The notes below the pieces were generated by a model. It was not told the origin of the DNA, ran no database searches, and saw only the letters and a list, made by a program, of their open reading frames with translations. Of a stretch of 47,334 nt of DNA, positions 37,301 through 45,939 are shown piece by piece. The DNA is from Nitrososphaerota archaeon (GTDB lineage: Archaea > Thermoproteota > Nitrososphaeria_A > Caldarchaeales > Calditenuaceae): the NCBI GenBank assembly GCA_033581555.1, contig JAVQSZ010000008.1:1-47334 (forward strand). The letters are read 5' to 3'. Both the position numbers and the translations under genes were made by a program. The first letter of the stretch is position 1, and the number at the start of each line of letters is the position of its first letter.

Positions 37301-37724
37301 AGTAGACCGAGAGGTGCCTGGTCCCGTCGGGGTTGGACTTCACCCTCACCGTAGAGATCCCTTCGGTCGGTGCCGCGGTGGTCCCAGGAGGCGTCATCAC
37401 CGCCATGCAGACCCTGAAGACCCTCGTGAGCGTCGGCTCGTCGGGTTCGCCGTGCTCCTCGAGGAGCCTCTCCGCCAGCTTGAAGGGCAGGAGCTCCTTC
37501 CCGGCCTCGGACCTCAACGTCCTCACGATCTCCGCAACTCCCTTCAGCCCCGTCAGCAGCTCGACCCTCTCGGCCATGTCGTCGGCGACCATCACCTCGA
37601 CCGAAGCCGTCGGCGAGCAGGTCCTCCTCCTGACCTCCGTCGCGGCCGCGTGCTGCCTCCAGAACTCCGACCTGATCGACTCGTAGTACCTCTTCAGCCG
37701 CTCCGGGAGCGATTCCAGCTCCAC
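34338..37724 (-). CDS. polC: DNA polymerase D large (catalytic) subunit DP2
   Basis: PIRSAGGT, FRVRYGR, RMGRPEKA, Zn-binding Cys clusters, KDGTIRFD and catalytic AAKRRDCDGDED. Confidence 0.97.
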   Translation of the reverse strand: MELESLPERLKRYYESIRSEFWRQHAAATEVRRRTCSPTASVEVMVADDMAERVELLTGLKGVAEIVRTLRSEAGKELLPFKLAERLLEEHGEPDEPTLTRVFRVCMAVMTPPGTTAAPTEGISTVRVKSNPDGTRHLSVYYANPIRSAGGTEVAGSVVLADHVRRLMGLAPYRPTDEEVMRFLEEVRTYRRKVGRFQFNVPDEVLEFVLRRLPIEITGVPTDPIPVPSFREVYRVETPYLRGGALRVVHDGIVGRAKKVLKLVKAVGLEGWDWLEEVSEAAKGAKSNASAVDEVIVGRPVLSLSGRFGGFRVRYGRAPNTSMSALGVHPYSMRVLDDFVVPGTQLRVDFPGKAGVAMPVDAIEPPVVRLSDGSVVRVDSQERLEEALRFGEKVLFVGDLLVSFGDCIESNVRLRPPGYCEEWWVEEVKRAVAERRAELGEDAEWVRFADADPFRNVPPVEVACRVSARLGVPIHPRYMPFWDNATGEQIEAVRRWISSNVRRYRSLPLDASAKAALESMLVPHRVRDGRIFLEVQWLKALVFLFRPFKPVDVSGMDVRQALSALSGIPYRPRMGSVVGVRMGRPEKAAQRRMKPPAHFLFPVGLSGGPRRSLVEASRRGTVSLRLNSRSCQSCGRVTWRPRCESCGSPTVVFSRCPGCGDEHVEPEAARCPRCGSPLVTSVTHQVDLRSELEAAMRAAGELVEEVKGVRELVSRFAVPEDVLKGVLRASLGLHVYKDGTIRFDATNAPLTHFRPKDVSVPADVLRELGYDRDFRGDSLVSEEQVCELLPQDIVVPRKMAEHLLKVSKFVDRYLQANGLEPFYGWSNPEDCLGALVATISPHTYGAVVCRVIGFTDSEVVYAHPFVHAAKRRDCDGDEDSVSLLMDFLVNFSRLYLPDRVGGSMDAPLLVTVVVDPAEVDEQSHNVDVATRYPLEFYEAALSSARASDLTGLIPLVGQRVGTVECFQGNGFSVPSFLLSHPVTSTSYKRLERLVDKIESQMRVAERVAAVDPSLVAERVMEVHVLPDVIGNLRAFFMQRFICRKCNTKYARPPLRGACLFCGEPLTLTVYRGMVEKNVDLVLRLMERYVRDQTIREATLESLGALSQLFGSGSSPSERGRQTSLRSFL

Positions 37725-37803
37725 TTCCTCCCCTCACGCGCCCAGGCCCGAGATTAACGCGACGCGGGTCTAAGGGGGCAGCGATCCTCCGGGATCTCCG
37801 GGG

Positions 37804-38718
37804 TCAGACCGTCCTGACCGAGAGGTCCGAGAAGCACTGCTGGCAGACGAGGTGTCCCTCGCTGACCTTCCTGGCGATCGAGAGGGGCGCGGAGCAGACT
37901 GGGCACCTGAGGCCGTAGGCGACCTTCCTGAACTGCCTGCCACAATAGGGACACGAGACTGCGTTCAAGGGGCTCTCGGCCCCGCACCCGGAACAAATCA
38001 TCGACCCACTCGCGCTGAGGACCTCCACCTTCACCCTCCCTCCGGCGGGGGGAGAGACCGGGGGCCTGACCGGCCTCTGCGGCGCTGCGGGGGCCTGAGT
38101 TGTCGAGGGACTCGCCGGCGTCGCGACGCCCTCCGTCGGCCTGAAGGGAGCGCGGGTCCAGAGACGGCGCTCCGTGAACAGCGCCCCACCCCTCAACGCG
38201 GTCCCGAGCCTCAGGAAGGAGAGGCCGGCGGAGACCCCGGAGACCATCATCGCGACCCCGGCCGCGATCAGGAGGGCGACCGTCGCGTCGGAGGGCGCCT
38301 GAAGGGCCTGTAACCTCAGGAGGGCCGAGAAAGCGACGTAGTCGAGGTAGATGACGCTGTAGAGGCTCGCGAGGGCGAGGTAGAACGTCCTGACGCGGTA
38401 GGAGGACCCGAGCCTGACGTACCAATAGGCGTCCGTGACGGAATAGACCGTCCAAGGTATCGCGGCCAGCGGTAGCGACCCTCTTTCCTCTCCGGGAAGC
38501 CCGACGACCACCAGGACGTAGGTGAGGCCGCCGAGCGCTGCCAGCACGGGGAACATGAAGCCTCCCATCCCGATGGACCTGCCGAGCCTCCTCCACCCGA
38601 CCGACCTGAGCCCGATCGAGACCGGATAGGAGACGAGCGCCACTGGATAGAGATAGAAGAGGACGAAGGGCAGAGCGTTGAGGGCGCAGAGGAAGTACCC
38701 CGCGGCGATCAGCCTCAA
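37804..38718 (-). CDS. Membrane protein with C-terminal double zinc ribbon
   Basis: About six TM helices, a Pro-rich linker, then CSGC...CPYC...CPVC...CQQC. Confidence 0.75.
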   Translation of the reverse strand: MRLIAAGYFLCALNALPFVLFYLYPVALVSYPVSIGLRSVGWRRLGRSIGMGGFMFPVLAALGGLTYVLVVVGLPGEERGSLPLAAIPWTVYSVTDAYWYVRLGSSYRVRTFYLALASLYSVIYLDYVAFSALLRLQALQAPSDATVALLIAAGVAMMVSGVSAGLSFLRLGTALRGGALFTERRLWTRAPFRPTEGVATPASPSTTQAPAAPQRPVRPPVSPPAGGRVKVEVLSASGSMICSGCGAESPLNAVSCPYCGRQFRKVAYGLRCPVCSAPLSIARKVSEGHLVCQQCFSDLSVRTV

Positions 38719-38811
38719 GCCCGTCCGACGAAGTCCGCTACCCTAGTATATCTTTTCCGCGACGACGTAACGACGGGAATACCGGGGGATGGGCCCCCGC
38801 GGTCCGGCAGC

Positions 38812-39612
38812 TCAGCTCGAGGCCCGGCCCCGGGATCCTTGAACCTGAGCCCTGAGCGAGGCGCCCTCCCTGACGCCCTCGATCACCCGGCCGAGCGCGC
38901 CCACGTCCCTCTCCGCGAGCGTCCCGGTCACGACGACGTCAGCCCCGGCCTTCACCGCCTCGCTTGCCTGCTCTCTGCTCCTGATGCCTCCGCCGACGAT
39001 CACCGGGAGGTCGACGGCCCTCTTCACGGTCCCTATCACCCCGGACGGGAGGGGCTCTGCGACGCCGGAACCGGCCTCGAGGTAGACGAACCTCATCCCG
39101 AGGTACTGGGCGGCCAACGCGTACGCCGCTGCGATGTTCGGCTTATGGATCGGTATCGGGTAGACCCTCCCGACGACCGCGACCGAGGACTCGGACCCGA
39201 AGACGATGTACCCCATCGGTATCGCCTCGAGGCCGTACTCCTTCACCAAGAACGCGCCGTGGACCTGAGCCCCGAGGATGAACCACCACTCGAGGGAGTT
39301 GAGGAGGCTCATGAAGAAGATCGCGTCGGCATACCTGCTGACCGCGTTTACGTTGTTGGGGAAGATGATGACCGGCTTCTCCGTCGAGGACTTGATCGCC
39401 CTTATCGCCTCGTCGTAGGCCTCCCTCGAGTAGATCGTCGAGCCCCCGACCATGAAGGCGTCGGTGCCCTGCGAGTCCGCCGCCTCTACCAGCATCCGGA
39501 GGTCCTCGGGCCTGACGTTCTCCGGGTCCAGGAGCGTGAGGTGGGCCGCGCCCCGCTCCTCGATGACCTGATGGAGATAGCCCTCGACCTTCCCGATCCT
39601 CGGGAGCCTCAA
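38812..39612 (-). CDS. Geranylgeranylglyceryl phosphate synthase (PcrB family)
   Basis: TLLDPE, VGGST, ADAIFFMSLLNS, YLEAGSG, VGGGIR, VVTGT. Confidence 0.94.
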   Translation of the reverse strand: MRLPRIGKVEGYLHQVIEERGAAHLTLLDPENVRPEDLRMLVEAADSQGTDAFMVGGSTIYSREAYDEAIRAIKSSTEKPVIIFPNNVNAVSRYADAIFFMSLLNSLEWWFILGAQVHGAFLVKEYGLEAIPMGYIVFGSESSVAVVGRVYPIPIHKPNIAAAYALAAQYLGMRFVYLEAGSGVAEPLPSGVIGTVKRAVDLPVIVGGGIRSREQASEAVKAGADVVVTGTLAERDVGALGRVIEGVREGASLRAQVQGSRGRASS

Positions 39613-39736
39613 CGCCCTTCAGCGCCTCCGTGCCGCTCATAAGCATTCCCAGACAGACCCGCGATCGCGGTCCCGCCGAGCCGTCGCGCAGGTGCGCCGT
39701 GCTGGCTTTATTACGGATCCGGGAGACCGGTCACCG

Positions 39737-41059
39737 GTGCTGGACTTCGAGGCGCTGCTTGGGAGGATAAGGGCGAGGTTCGGTGAGGAAGCGGCGAGGA
39801 GGGTGCTCGAGCGGGTCGAGGCGGAGGTCTCGAGGGACCCGAAGCTCACGAGGCTCGGGGCGTTGCTCTTGGTCGCGGGCGAGATGGGCTACCTGGCCGG
39901 GGATGGGGAGATCAGGGACTCGGCGAGGCTCGCGGACCTCGTCGGAGGGCTGAGGGGAATGACCGTGACCTGTAGGGTCTTGGGGCTCAAGGGCCCGGTC
40001 CAGGTATCAGGGAGGAAGGTCTCTTACGCGAGGGTCGGCGACGGCTCAGCCAAACTCGACCTCATCGCTTGGGGGGAGGCGTCGGAGGCGTTCTCGAGGG
40101 CCCAAGTGGCGTTCGGGGACTCGGTCAGGCTCACCAACGTCAGGGTCGTCGAGAGGGCCGGAGGGCTGCCGGAGCTGCACGTCGACGAGCGGTCGGTCGT
40201 CGCGAAGGTCGAGGCTCCCTGGATCCCGCCCGCCGAGTCGATGTTCGAGAGGTCCCTCGCCGCGGCGAGCGGAGGGGCCCTTGACGTCGAGGCGACGGTC
40301 TTGGGCGTGGGAGCTCAGAGGGCCATCGAGGGGCCGGAGGGCACGTCGGGGCTGAGGGTTGCGCTACTGCTGGTCGGGGGCTTCCCGGCGCTGCTGTCGG
40401 CGAGGGAGGAGCACCTGGCCGGAGAGCGACTCGAGCCCTGGACCGTCTACAGGTTCGCGTCGCTGAGGCTGAAGGAGGGGAGGCTCGTAACGACTTCGAG
40501 GACCTGCGCGTCAAGGTCGGGCCCCGTGAGCCCTAAGGACGCGCTGGGCGCGGTTAGGGTCCTCGGCCATTCGGGGAGGGGCTACGCTCCCGCGACTAAC
40601 GGCAGGTTCTGGTTAAGGCTCGAGGGCAACGTCCCCCCTGAAGGCGAGGCCGTCGTCGTCAAGTCCGGCCGCTTCGAGGAGAGGGAGAGGGCCTGGTTCC
40701 TGGTAGTGGGCGAGTACGAACCGGTCGGGGCTGAGGTCGTGTCCCAGCCCGACGTTCCGCTCGGCTCGCTGGCGGAGGGGATGAGGGAGGTCTCGGTAAA
40801 AGGGAGGCTGGTCGGGAAGTCGGTCGTCTCCGAGCTCGGGACCGCGGCCGGGAGGGTGAAGGCGATGGCCTTCTGGCTGACCGAAGGGGGCAAGTCGGTC
40901 GTCTGCAGGGCCTGGAGGGAGGCCTGCGACGCGGTGAGTGGTGTCCCGGAGGGGTCCGGGGTGAGGCTGAGGTTCGTGAGGGTCTCGAGGAGCAGGTGGG
41001 GGGAGTTGGAGGTCCACGTCGACCCGGAGTCCGAGGTCGAGGAGATCAGGGAGGCCTGA
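39737..41059 (+). CDS. rpa: Replication protein A-like multi-OB-fold ssDNA-binding protein
   Basis: N-terminal GALLLVAGEMG helical motif; OB repeats GDGSAKLDLIAWG...ELHVDERS and VSVKGRL...CRAW...ELEVHV. Confidence 0.75.
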   Translation: MLDFEALLGRIRARFGEEAARRVLERVEAEVSRDPKLTRLGALLLVAGEMGYLAGDGEIRDSARLADLVGGLRGMTVTCRVLGLKGPVQVSGRKVSYARVGDGSAKLDLIAWGEASEAFSRAQVAFGDSVRLTNVRVVERAGGLPELHVDERSVVAKVEAPWIPPAESMFERSLAAASGGALDVEATVLGVGAQRAIEGPEGTSGLRVALLLVGGFPALLSAREEHLAGERLEPWTVYRFASLRLKEGRLVTTSRTCASRSGPVSPKDALGAVRVLGHSGRGYAPATNGRFWLRLEGNVPPEGEAVVVKSGRFEERERAWFLVVGEYEPVGAEVVSQPDVPLGSLAEGMREVSVKGRLVGKSVVSELGTAAGRVKAMAFWLTEGGKSVVCRAWREACDAVSGVPEGSGVRLRFVRVSRSRWGELEVHVDPESEVEEIREA

Positions 41060-41924
41060 TATCGACGTCCCCAAAGCTGTCGAAGTAACCCTCGTCGGCG
41101 CCCTCCGCACCTCGGGGCCCTTCGGAGGGTTCGCTGGGCTGGAGGGGACTCTGGGTCTGCGGCGCACCCTGGAGCGCGGCCTCTATCGTCCTGAACGGAG
41201 GCCCGATCACGACGCCCCGCTTATGCATGATCTCGAAGGTGTAGACCGACATGTCCGCGGGCGACCAACGCATCTTCCTCACCATCAGGGTCCTGACGAG
41301 CCTCCCGCCGACGTTCCTCAGCCCGACGACGATCACGCCCGAGGAGAGGAACTCCTCGTACCCGAACCTGCTGAGCCTGTTCGAGCCCGAGGGTATGTCG
41401 CAGGTGAGGACGGTCGTGGCGCCGATCTTCTCCTCGAGGAAGAGGATGATCTCCCTGATGTACTCCCTGACCGCGAACTCCTCCATCGCGCCGAAGGCCA
41501 TCGCCGATATCGGGTCCAGCACGATCCTCGAGACCCTGCCGCCGTTCGTCATCCGGATGATCGTGTCGATGTAGGCCTTGCTGCTCTTACCGTACTTCCT
41601 GAGGTCCTCGGAGAAGATCCTGATCTCGAAGGGATAAAGGAGTCCGTTCCTGTAGTAGGACCAGAGGTCCCACCCGAGCGTCATCGCCCCGTCCATCACG
41701 CCCTGTACCCGCTCGTCGAGGGAGACGTACGCGACGTGCTCTCCATTCCTGAGGCCCTCGAGGAGGAACTGGAGGCTGAGGATCGTCTTCCCGACGCCTG
41801 TCTCGCCTGTTATGAGGTACGTCTTGCCCCTGATCAGCCCGCCGCCCAAGATCCTGTCGAGCTTCGGGATGCCCGTCGAGACCCTCTCCAGGACCAATCC
41901 CGTCGCAATTCCACCTCCGAGCAT
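41046..41924 (-). CDS. KaiC-like/RecA-superfamily single-domain ATPase
   Basis: STGIPKLDRILGGG, GETGVGKT, YVSLDE, RIVLDPIS, VRKMR; acidic low-complexity tail. Confidence 0.9.
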   Translation of the reverse strand: MLGGGIATGLVLERVSTGIPKLDRILGGGLIRGKTYLITGETGVGKTILSLQFLLEGLRNGEHVAYVSLDERVQGVMDGAMTLGWDLWSYYRNGLLYPFEIRIFSEDLRKYGKSSKAYIDTIIRMTNGGRVSRIVLDPISAMAFGAMEEFAVREYIREIILFLEEKIGATTVLTCDIPSGSNRLSRFGYEEFLSSGVIVVGLRNVGGRLVRTLMVRKMRWSPADMSVYTFEIMHKRGVVIGPPFRTIEAALQGAPQTQSPLQPSEPSEGPRGAEGADEGYFDSFGDVDIRPP

Positions 41925-41933
41925 AAAAGAGTA

Positions 41934-42545
41934 TCAGAGGTCCCGGGTCGCCTGCGAGTCCGACTCCGAGGAGCCGCTTCCGGTCCCCGCGTCGCCGTCC
42001 TGCCTATCCCGGGAGCCGCGCCCGCCCTCGGGCTTGAGGAACCCGACCAGCAGGTACGCCGCGTTGACCAGCACCAGGACGATCAGGACGATCGGGCCCA
42101 GCGGGTAGAAGAGCTCGCCCCTCATTATCAGCGAGAGGTACCCTATCCCGGTCCAGTAGGGTATCTTGATCCCGGTCCAGCGGCCCACCAGCATCTCCCT
42201 GGTCACCGGCATCGGGTCAGGGGAGAGGTTCGCGTCGCCCTTCGTGACGATCCCGATCCCCTCCCTCGCGATCGCCCTGTGGACGATCAGCCTGCCGTCG
42301 AAGGGCCTGCGGTAGACGATGACGTCACCATCGACCGGCGAGGTCCTCACCTCCTCGAACCTCACGCCCTCGATCAGGAGGACGTCGCCCTCGTGAAGGA
42401 CGGGCCTCATGCTTCCTGACGCGACCACGACCAGCGGGTACTGGCTGTTGAGGGCCAGTCCGACGGCCGCGAACGCGGCGAAGGCGAGCGCTATCACCCC
42501 CGCGAGCAAAAGGATAGACTTGAGGAGCTCCATGACCCTGCTCAT
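41934..42545 (-). CDS. sec11: Signal peptidase I (Sec11 type)
   Basis: VVASGSMRP, GDVIVY, IVHR, TKGDAN. Confidence 0.93.
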   Translation of the reverse strand: MSRVMELLKSILLLAGVIALAFAAFAAVGLALNSQYPLVVVASGSMRPVLHEGDVLLIEGVRFEEVRTSPVDGDVIVYRRPFDGRLIVHRAIAREGIGIVTKGDANLSPDPMPVTREMLVGRWTGIKIPYWTGIGYLSLIMRGELFYPLGPIVLIVLVLVNAAYLLVGFLKPEGGRGSRDRQDGDAGTGSGSSESDSQATRDL

Positions 42546-45427
42546 ATGTTCCGCCTCACCGCTCTCTTAGTCCCGGAGCCCCTGCTAGTCGCGACTCGAG
42601 GGGCGACGCTCTGGCGGGCCTCTGCCCGCTCCGTTTCGCCGCGCGCCCTCCCGACCCTGAAGGCCCTGAAGAGGCCGAACGCCGCGACCGCGCCGAGGAG
42701 CGGCGAGACTACGTACGGCACGCTCCCCTCGAGCGTCCTCGGCTGGACGACCGTGAAGACCCTCTCACGCGGCCCGCCCTTCACCTCTAAGCCCGCCTCC
42801 TGCTGGCCGAGGGTCGTGTTGAACCTGATCCTGTACCTGCCCTCGGGGAGCACCACGACGCCCTCGCCCTCTGTCTGGCCGCTCAGGACCGGCCTCCCCC
42901 TCCGGCCCGCGGCCTCAGCTGCGACGTGGTAGAACGAGTAGTTGACCCTGCCCACCTCTCTGCCCTCGAGGCTCAGGAGCCTGAATCGGACCTCGTAGAC
43001 CGGGAGGTCGATCGTCCTCCTCGAGGTGGAGCTGTGGTCGATCGTCTCCGAGTGGACCGGTAAGCCGAGGTACTCCACGTGGAGGTCGTACCGCGTCGCG
43101 GGGAGCAGCACGGAGATCGAGCCTTCCTCACCGGAGGAGTCAGAGAAGAGCTCGGCGTTGTTCTCCTTCGCGACGACCCTGACCGACGCACCCTTCAGGG
43201 GCAGCCTCTCGCCGTCGACGGATCCGTAGGTTAGCTTGAGGTGGAGCGTGAAGACCCGAGCCCTGACTTGAATGACTTCGCCGTCCTCGTCGACCCTGAA
43301 GTCGGTCCCGGTGAACACCCTGATGCCCTTGTAGGAGACCGAGACCTCGACCCTTCCGCCCGGGACCAAGTCCACCTCGGCCATGCCGTTACCGCGGAGC
43401 GCCCCCTCAGCCCTGAACTCCGCGATCGAGACGAGGTAGCTCCCCTCGCCGAGCGGCCTGCCCTCACCGTCCTGGACCCGCAGGACGACCCTGAAGACCT
43501 TGGTGCCGGAGATCTCGATCTCCGGGTTCTCGAGCTGGAACGCGAAGGACCTCTCGGCCTCGGAGAGCACCTCGACCCCCCTGTAGACCACCCTCACCGA
43601 GACGCTCGCGTGCGGCACGTCGAGGAAGGTGGCCCTGCCCTCGGCGTCCGTGACCCTACCCTCCCTGTAGTCCCCCACCGAGACGGTGACCTGCGCGCCA
43701 TCGAGCGGGTTCCGGCCCTTGTTGTCCAGCACCCTCACCCTCAGGTCCACGACCCTCGCGGATATCCTGAGGCTCCCCGACCGAAGCGCCGCCGAGTCGA
43801 CCTTGCCCTCCGCGACCGTCACGCCCTTGTAGAGGAACCTGTAATCGTAGTTCAGGTCGACCAGCTTCCCGAACGCCGTGCCCTCCTTGGTCACCTCGAC
43901 CCTCCCGACCTCGCTGCCCCCGAGGAGGAGGACCAGCGTCCCACCGATCGCCCTCCTGGCGGTGGAGTTGGCCGAAACCCTCAGCTCGTAAGTGATGGGG
44001 GAGAGGGAGACCTGGCCTCCGTGTTGCGGCCTTATCGTCCCCTCGCCGATGACGCGTCCCTGGTAGAGGAGCTGGTACCTGTAGGTCACGAGCGGATGGT
44101 TTTCTACGAGCGCGTAGGCCCTCTCGAGCGTCCACTCCCTCGAGAAGGTCCCTCCCTCGACCGAAAGCTTGAGCACTACCGAGTCCCTGAGGAGCTGCGG
44201 CAGCCTGCCGAATAGTCCCTCGAGGTTCAGCGAGACCCCGAAGTTTCCGACGTTGATCCTTAACCTCAGGTCGGTCCTTATGCTGTCGGACTTGAGCGTG
44301 CCCCTGTAGACCTCTTGGCCCTCGAAAAGTATCCTGAGCTCGTAGTCCCTGTCGGCCCTGACGTACCCGAAGTCGAACCTGCCGTCGCTGGAGGTGACGG
44401 ACCTGTACTCCGTCGCGCCGACAAGCAGCCGGGCCGTGAGACTGATGCCGGAGACCTGCCTATCCTGCAGCGTGTTGGCGATCAGGGAGAGCTTCGCGAT
44501 CGGGAGCGTCAGGTCCCCCAGGTTCGTATCGTCGCCGACGTAGCGGTCGTCCATCCGGAGAACCTCCTCGTTCCCCAAAACGAACCGGAGCGAGTAGGTC
44601 TCCTCGGGGATCAGCCTGAACAGCACGCCGCCGTCGCTCGCGGAGGTCGTGGTCCTGAGGGGTGCGTTTGCCCCCCTAACGTAGAGCTCAACCCTCACCC
44701 CCGCCACAGGCGAACCGTCCTTGTCCCTCACCGCCATCTGGACCCTGTAGAGGGGCAGGTTGACCGTCAGGACCTCGTTCCCGACCAGAAGCGTGTGCGA
44801 GACCACTTGGGGATAGCGCCTCGTCCCCAGTCCGGGTCCTGACACCTCGTAGCGGACGCTCACCGAGTAGACGGTGTTTGCCGGGAGGTTCTGGACCACG
44901 AGCTGTCCGTCGCTGCCGGTAGCGGCGTCGGTGGCGAGCGTCTGCGGGCTGGTATCGGCCGAGGTGACGTTTACCCTCGCGCCCTCAATCGGGTCGCCGG
45001 ACCTACTCTTGACGACCACCCTGAGGTGGAGAACGGGGAGCCTGACGTCGAACGCCCCGCGCCTGCACCCGTTTTCGTCGCACTTCAGGCTCGTCGAGTT
45101 GAGCTCCTTCCCCCTGAAGAAGACCTTGAGGGTGTAGTTGTTGTAGAGGGGAGAGGTGCCGTTCTTGAGCCGGAGCGTCGCCTTCCCGTCGGAGCCCGTG
45201 ATCACCGACCCCCTCACGGTCGCGTTGTTGGGGACCTTGGTGCCGTTGGAGAAGTAGGCGGTGACGTTGGCGTTCGGCAAGGGCTCCCCGTAGTGGTTCC
45301 TGACGGTGACCGTGACGTCGTTGGTGGTGGGGCCCGCATAGGCCTCCTCCAAGTGAAGCGAGAGGACGAGAGCCAGCGCGAGCAGGGCTGTCAGCAGGAG
45401 GGCTGGCGCCCCCGACGATGGCCTCAT
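42542..45427 (-). CDS. Large cell-surface protein with repeated carboxypeptidase-regulatory-like (beta-sandwich) domains
   Basis: Signal peptide ending AYA; about 9-10 repeats of V.D..G.P..GA.V...T..DG...F...Y...V.Y.G; N-X-S/T sequons near the N-terminus; C-terminal TM helix and basic tail. Confidence 0.8.
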   Translation of the reverse strand: MRPSSGAPALLLTALLALALVLSLHLEEAYAGPTTNDVTVTVRNHYGEPLPNANVTAYFSNGTKVPNNATVRGSVITGSDGKATLRLKNGTSPLYNNYTLKVFFRGKELNSTSLKCDENGCRRGAFDVRLPVLHLRVVVKSRSGDPIEGARVNVTSADTSPQTLATDAATGSDGQLVVQNLPANTVYSVSVRYEVSGPGLGTRRYPQVVSHTLLVGNEVLTVNLPLYRVQMAVRDKDGSPVAGVRVELYVRGANAPLRTTTSASDGGVLFRLIPEETYSLRFVLGNEEVLRMDDRYVGDDTNLGDLTLPIAKLSLIANTLQDRQVSGISLTARLLVGATEYRSVTSSDGRFDFGYVRADRDYELRILFEGQEVYRGTLKSDSIRTDLRLRINVGNFGVSLNLEGLFGRLPQLLRDSVVLKLSVEGGTFSREWTLERAYALVENHPLVTYRYQLLYQGRVIGEGTIRPQHGGQVSLSPITYELRVSANSTARRAIGGTLVLLLGGSEVGRVEVTKEGTAFGKLVDLNYDYRFLYKGVTVAEGKVDSAALRSGSLRISARVVDLRVRVLDNKGRNPLDGAQVTVSVGDYREGRVTDAEGRATFLDVPHASVSVRVVYRGVEVLSEAERSFAFQLENPEIEISGTKVFRVVLRVQDGEGRPLGEGSYLVSIAEFRAEGALRGNGMAEVDLVPGGRVEVSVSYKGIRVFTGTDFRVDEDGEVIQVRARVFTLHLKLTYGSVDGERLPLKGASVRVVAKENNAELFSDSSGEEGSISVLLPATRYDLHVEYLGLPVHSETIDHSSTSRRTIDLPVYEVRFRLLSLEGREVGRVNYSFYHVAAEAAGRRGRPVLSGQTEGEGVVVLPEGRYRIRFNTTLGQQEAGLEVKGGPRERVFTVVQPRTLEGSVPYVVSPLLGAVAAFGLFRAFRVGRARGETERAEARQSVAPRVATSRGSGTKRAVRRNI

Positions 45428-45464
45428 GACTGCCTAGGGCCCGCTCGACCAGATTTAAATGGGT

Positions 45465-45770
45465 TTAGCCGTTCGGCTGCGTACGTCGTCTCCCGCCGGC
45501 TATCGCGGGGAGCAGGAGGATCCTGTCGTTCTCCCCGACCTCGGTCTCGAGGCCCCTCAGCTCATTGACGTTCCGGTCGTTCAGGAAGACGTTGACGTAC
45601 CTCCTGAGGTTGCCGGACTCGTCGAGGAGCTGCTGCCGGAGCCTCGGGTACCTCTCCACGAGGGCCATGATCGCGCCCCCGACGGTCTCGGCCTCGACCA
45701 TGACCCTGTCCGAGTTCCCGGCGAAGCCCCTCAGCGGAGCAGGTATGTAGACCTCGACCCTCCTCTTCAA
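45465..45770 (-). CDS. MoaD/ThiS/SAMP ubiquitin-like protein with a C-terminal extension after GG
   Basis: VYIPAPLRGFAG...VNVFLND...DRILLLPAIAGG followed by RRRTQPNG*. Start placed at TTG 45770 after GGGAG. Confidence 0.88.
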   Translation of the reverse strand: MKRRVEVYIPAPLRGFAGNSDRVMVEAETVGGAIMALVERYPRLRQQLLDESGNLRRYVNVFLNDRNVNELRGLETEVGENDRILLLPAIAGGRRRTQPNG

Positions 45771-45939
45771 CTCCCAATCACCGCCCGGAAGCCCGGTCAT
45801 TAACGTGATCCGGACCGCCGCGCGCCGCAACCACGCTCTCACAGCTCGCCCGGTATTACCGAGGACCGGTGGACCAGGCCTCGCGAGGTAACCTTACTAG
45901 ATCCCGGTTGACAAAACTGTCTGACGCGGAGGCGTCGGG

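Noticed and set aside
31603-37724. Inteins in Cdc6, DP1 or DP2 (also checked RpoA and RpoB)
   Set aside because: Lengths are normal and no intein splice-junction or LAGLIDADG-like insertions are visible.
41046-41924. RadA/RadB recombinase or a true circadian KaiC
   Set aside because: It has no N-terminal HhH domain, only one ATPase domain, and no kaiA/kaiB; it fits the generic archaeal KaiC-like family.
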